Position numbers and translations under genes: made by a program. Positions 63,492 to 64,000 of a stretch of 64,000 nucleotides of DNA are shown here, in pieces. Under the pieces are notes generated by a model, which ran no database searches, was not told the DNA's origin, and worked only from the letters and a program-made list of their open reading frames with translations. Each line of letters begins with the position of its first letter. Position 1 is the first letter of the stretch. The stretch lies in assembly GCA_030295235.1 (NCBI GenBank), contig AP026132.1, positions 124,001 through 188,000 on the forward strand. The letters run 5' to 3'. Source of the stretch: Fistulifera solaris (lineage: Eukaryota).

Positions 63492-64000
63492 ATGTCGACA
63501 GAAATTCACGAGGACCCGAATGACGACTCCTCCTCGCTCAGCATGATTCCTTCCTTGTTAACACTCCCGTTCGATTGCCGCATCGCCATTTTGCAATGCG
63601 TCCCGAATCTTTCCGATATTGCTTGTACGTGTCGACAGTTGCGGCACGAACGGAATCATCCGTCCCTCGATCCAACGAGAACTGTCACCGTCAGGTTCCG
63701 CGGACCGACTTCGGGGGAAACTTTAGTACAGAGTTTGAAGCAGATGAAAGAGGCTCTCGGAAAGACCGGTTTTCCCCTGGAATTGCAACTCACGGGGTCT
63801 CCCTTTGTCATCCCGACAGATTTCAGTCGCTTTTCGCATTTCGTTCGTCAATGGAGTCTTCCGCAAGTGCGATTGCTCGATTTGTCGAATCGCATTGCGG
63901 AGGATGACGAACCGAAACGGATTGATATTAGTGTCCTCATGTTTCTCGCCATGGTGTTACCCAATTTACTCGAAATTGCATGCAAACCAACCAGTTTTCC
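63492..64000 (+). CDS. F-box(-LRR)-like protein, 3' end outside window (absent from ORF track)
   Basis: Open frame from ATG 63492: SLLTLPFDCRIAILQCVPNLSDIACTCRQLRH..HPSL; later VRLLDLS, LPNLLEI. Confidence 0.65.
   Translation, partial: MSTEIHEDPNDDSSSLSMIPSLLTLPFDCRIAILQCVPNLSDIACTCRQLRHERNHPSLDPTRTVTVRFRGPTSGETLVQSLKQMKEALGKTGFPLELQLTGSPFVIPTDFSRFSHFVRQWSLPQVRLLDLSNRIAEDDEPKRIDISVLMFLAMVLPNLLEIACKPTSF

Overview
Eukaryotic nuclear DNA, almost certainly from a diatom, probably pennate. Evidence: short GT-AG introns, ASAFAP-type bipartite plastid presequences, DUF285/BspA-like and other diatom-typical families. The window holds about 25 genes. These include a Nudix hydrolase, two giant acidic type-II membrane DUF285 proteins plus a third DUF285 gene, a lipoyl-like protein, PFKFB, a GRIP golgin, SKP1, PRORP, oligopeptidase A, Psb27, a GDP-mannose transporter, NDUFS8, SNRNP27, an RCC1 protein, PP2A B'', a DNMT3-like C5 methyltransferase and an F-box gene running off the end. 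A decaying block at 48-60 kb contains an Hsp70 relic, a THAP remnant and a tandem zf-MYND family whose premature stops are CGA>TGA. Many conserved genes are split by 1-bp homopolymer indels, most likely assembly errors. The most striking unexplained structure is one conserved ~60-bp box (hairpin TCRTGACTG-n5-CAGTCRTG, then CAC(T/A)-n-CTATAGT, then CGACGT). It recurs about 20 times on both strands in 5' intergenic regions. It punctuates locally homogenised but mutually divergent 215-235-bp tandem arrays, one of which is bracketed by a palindromic 52-bp minisatellite. Coordinates of spliced or frameshifted genes are approximate and read by eye.
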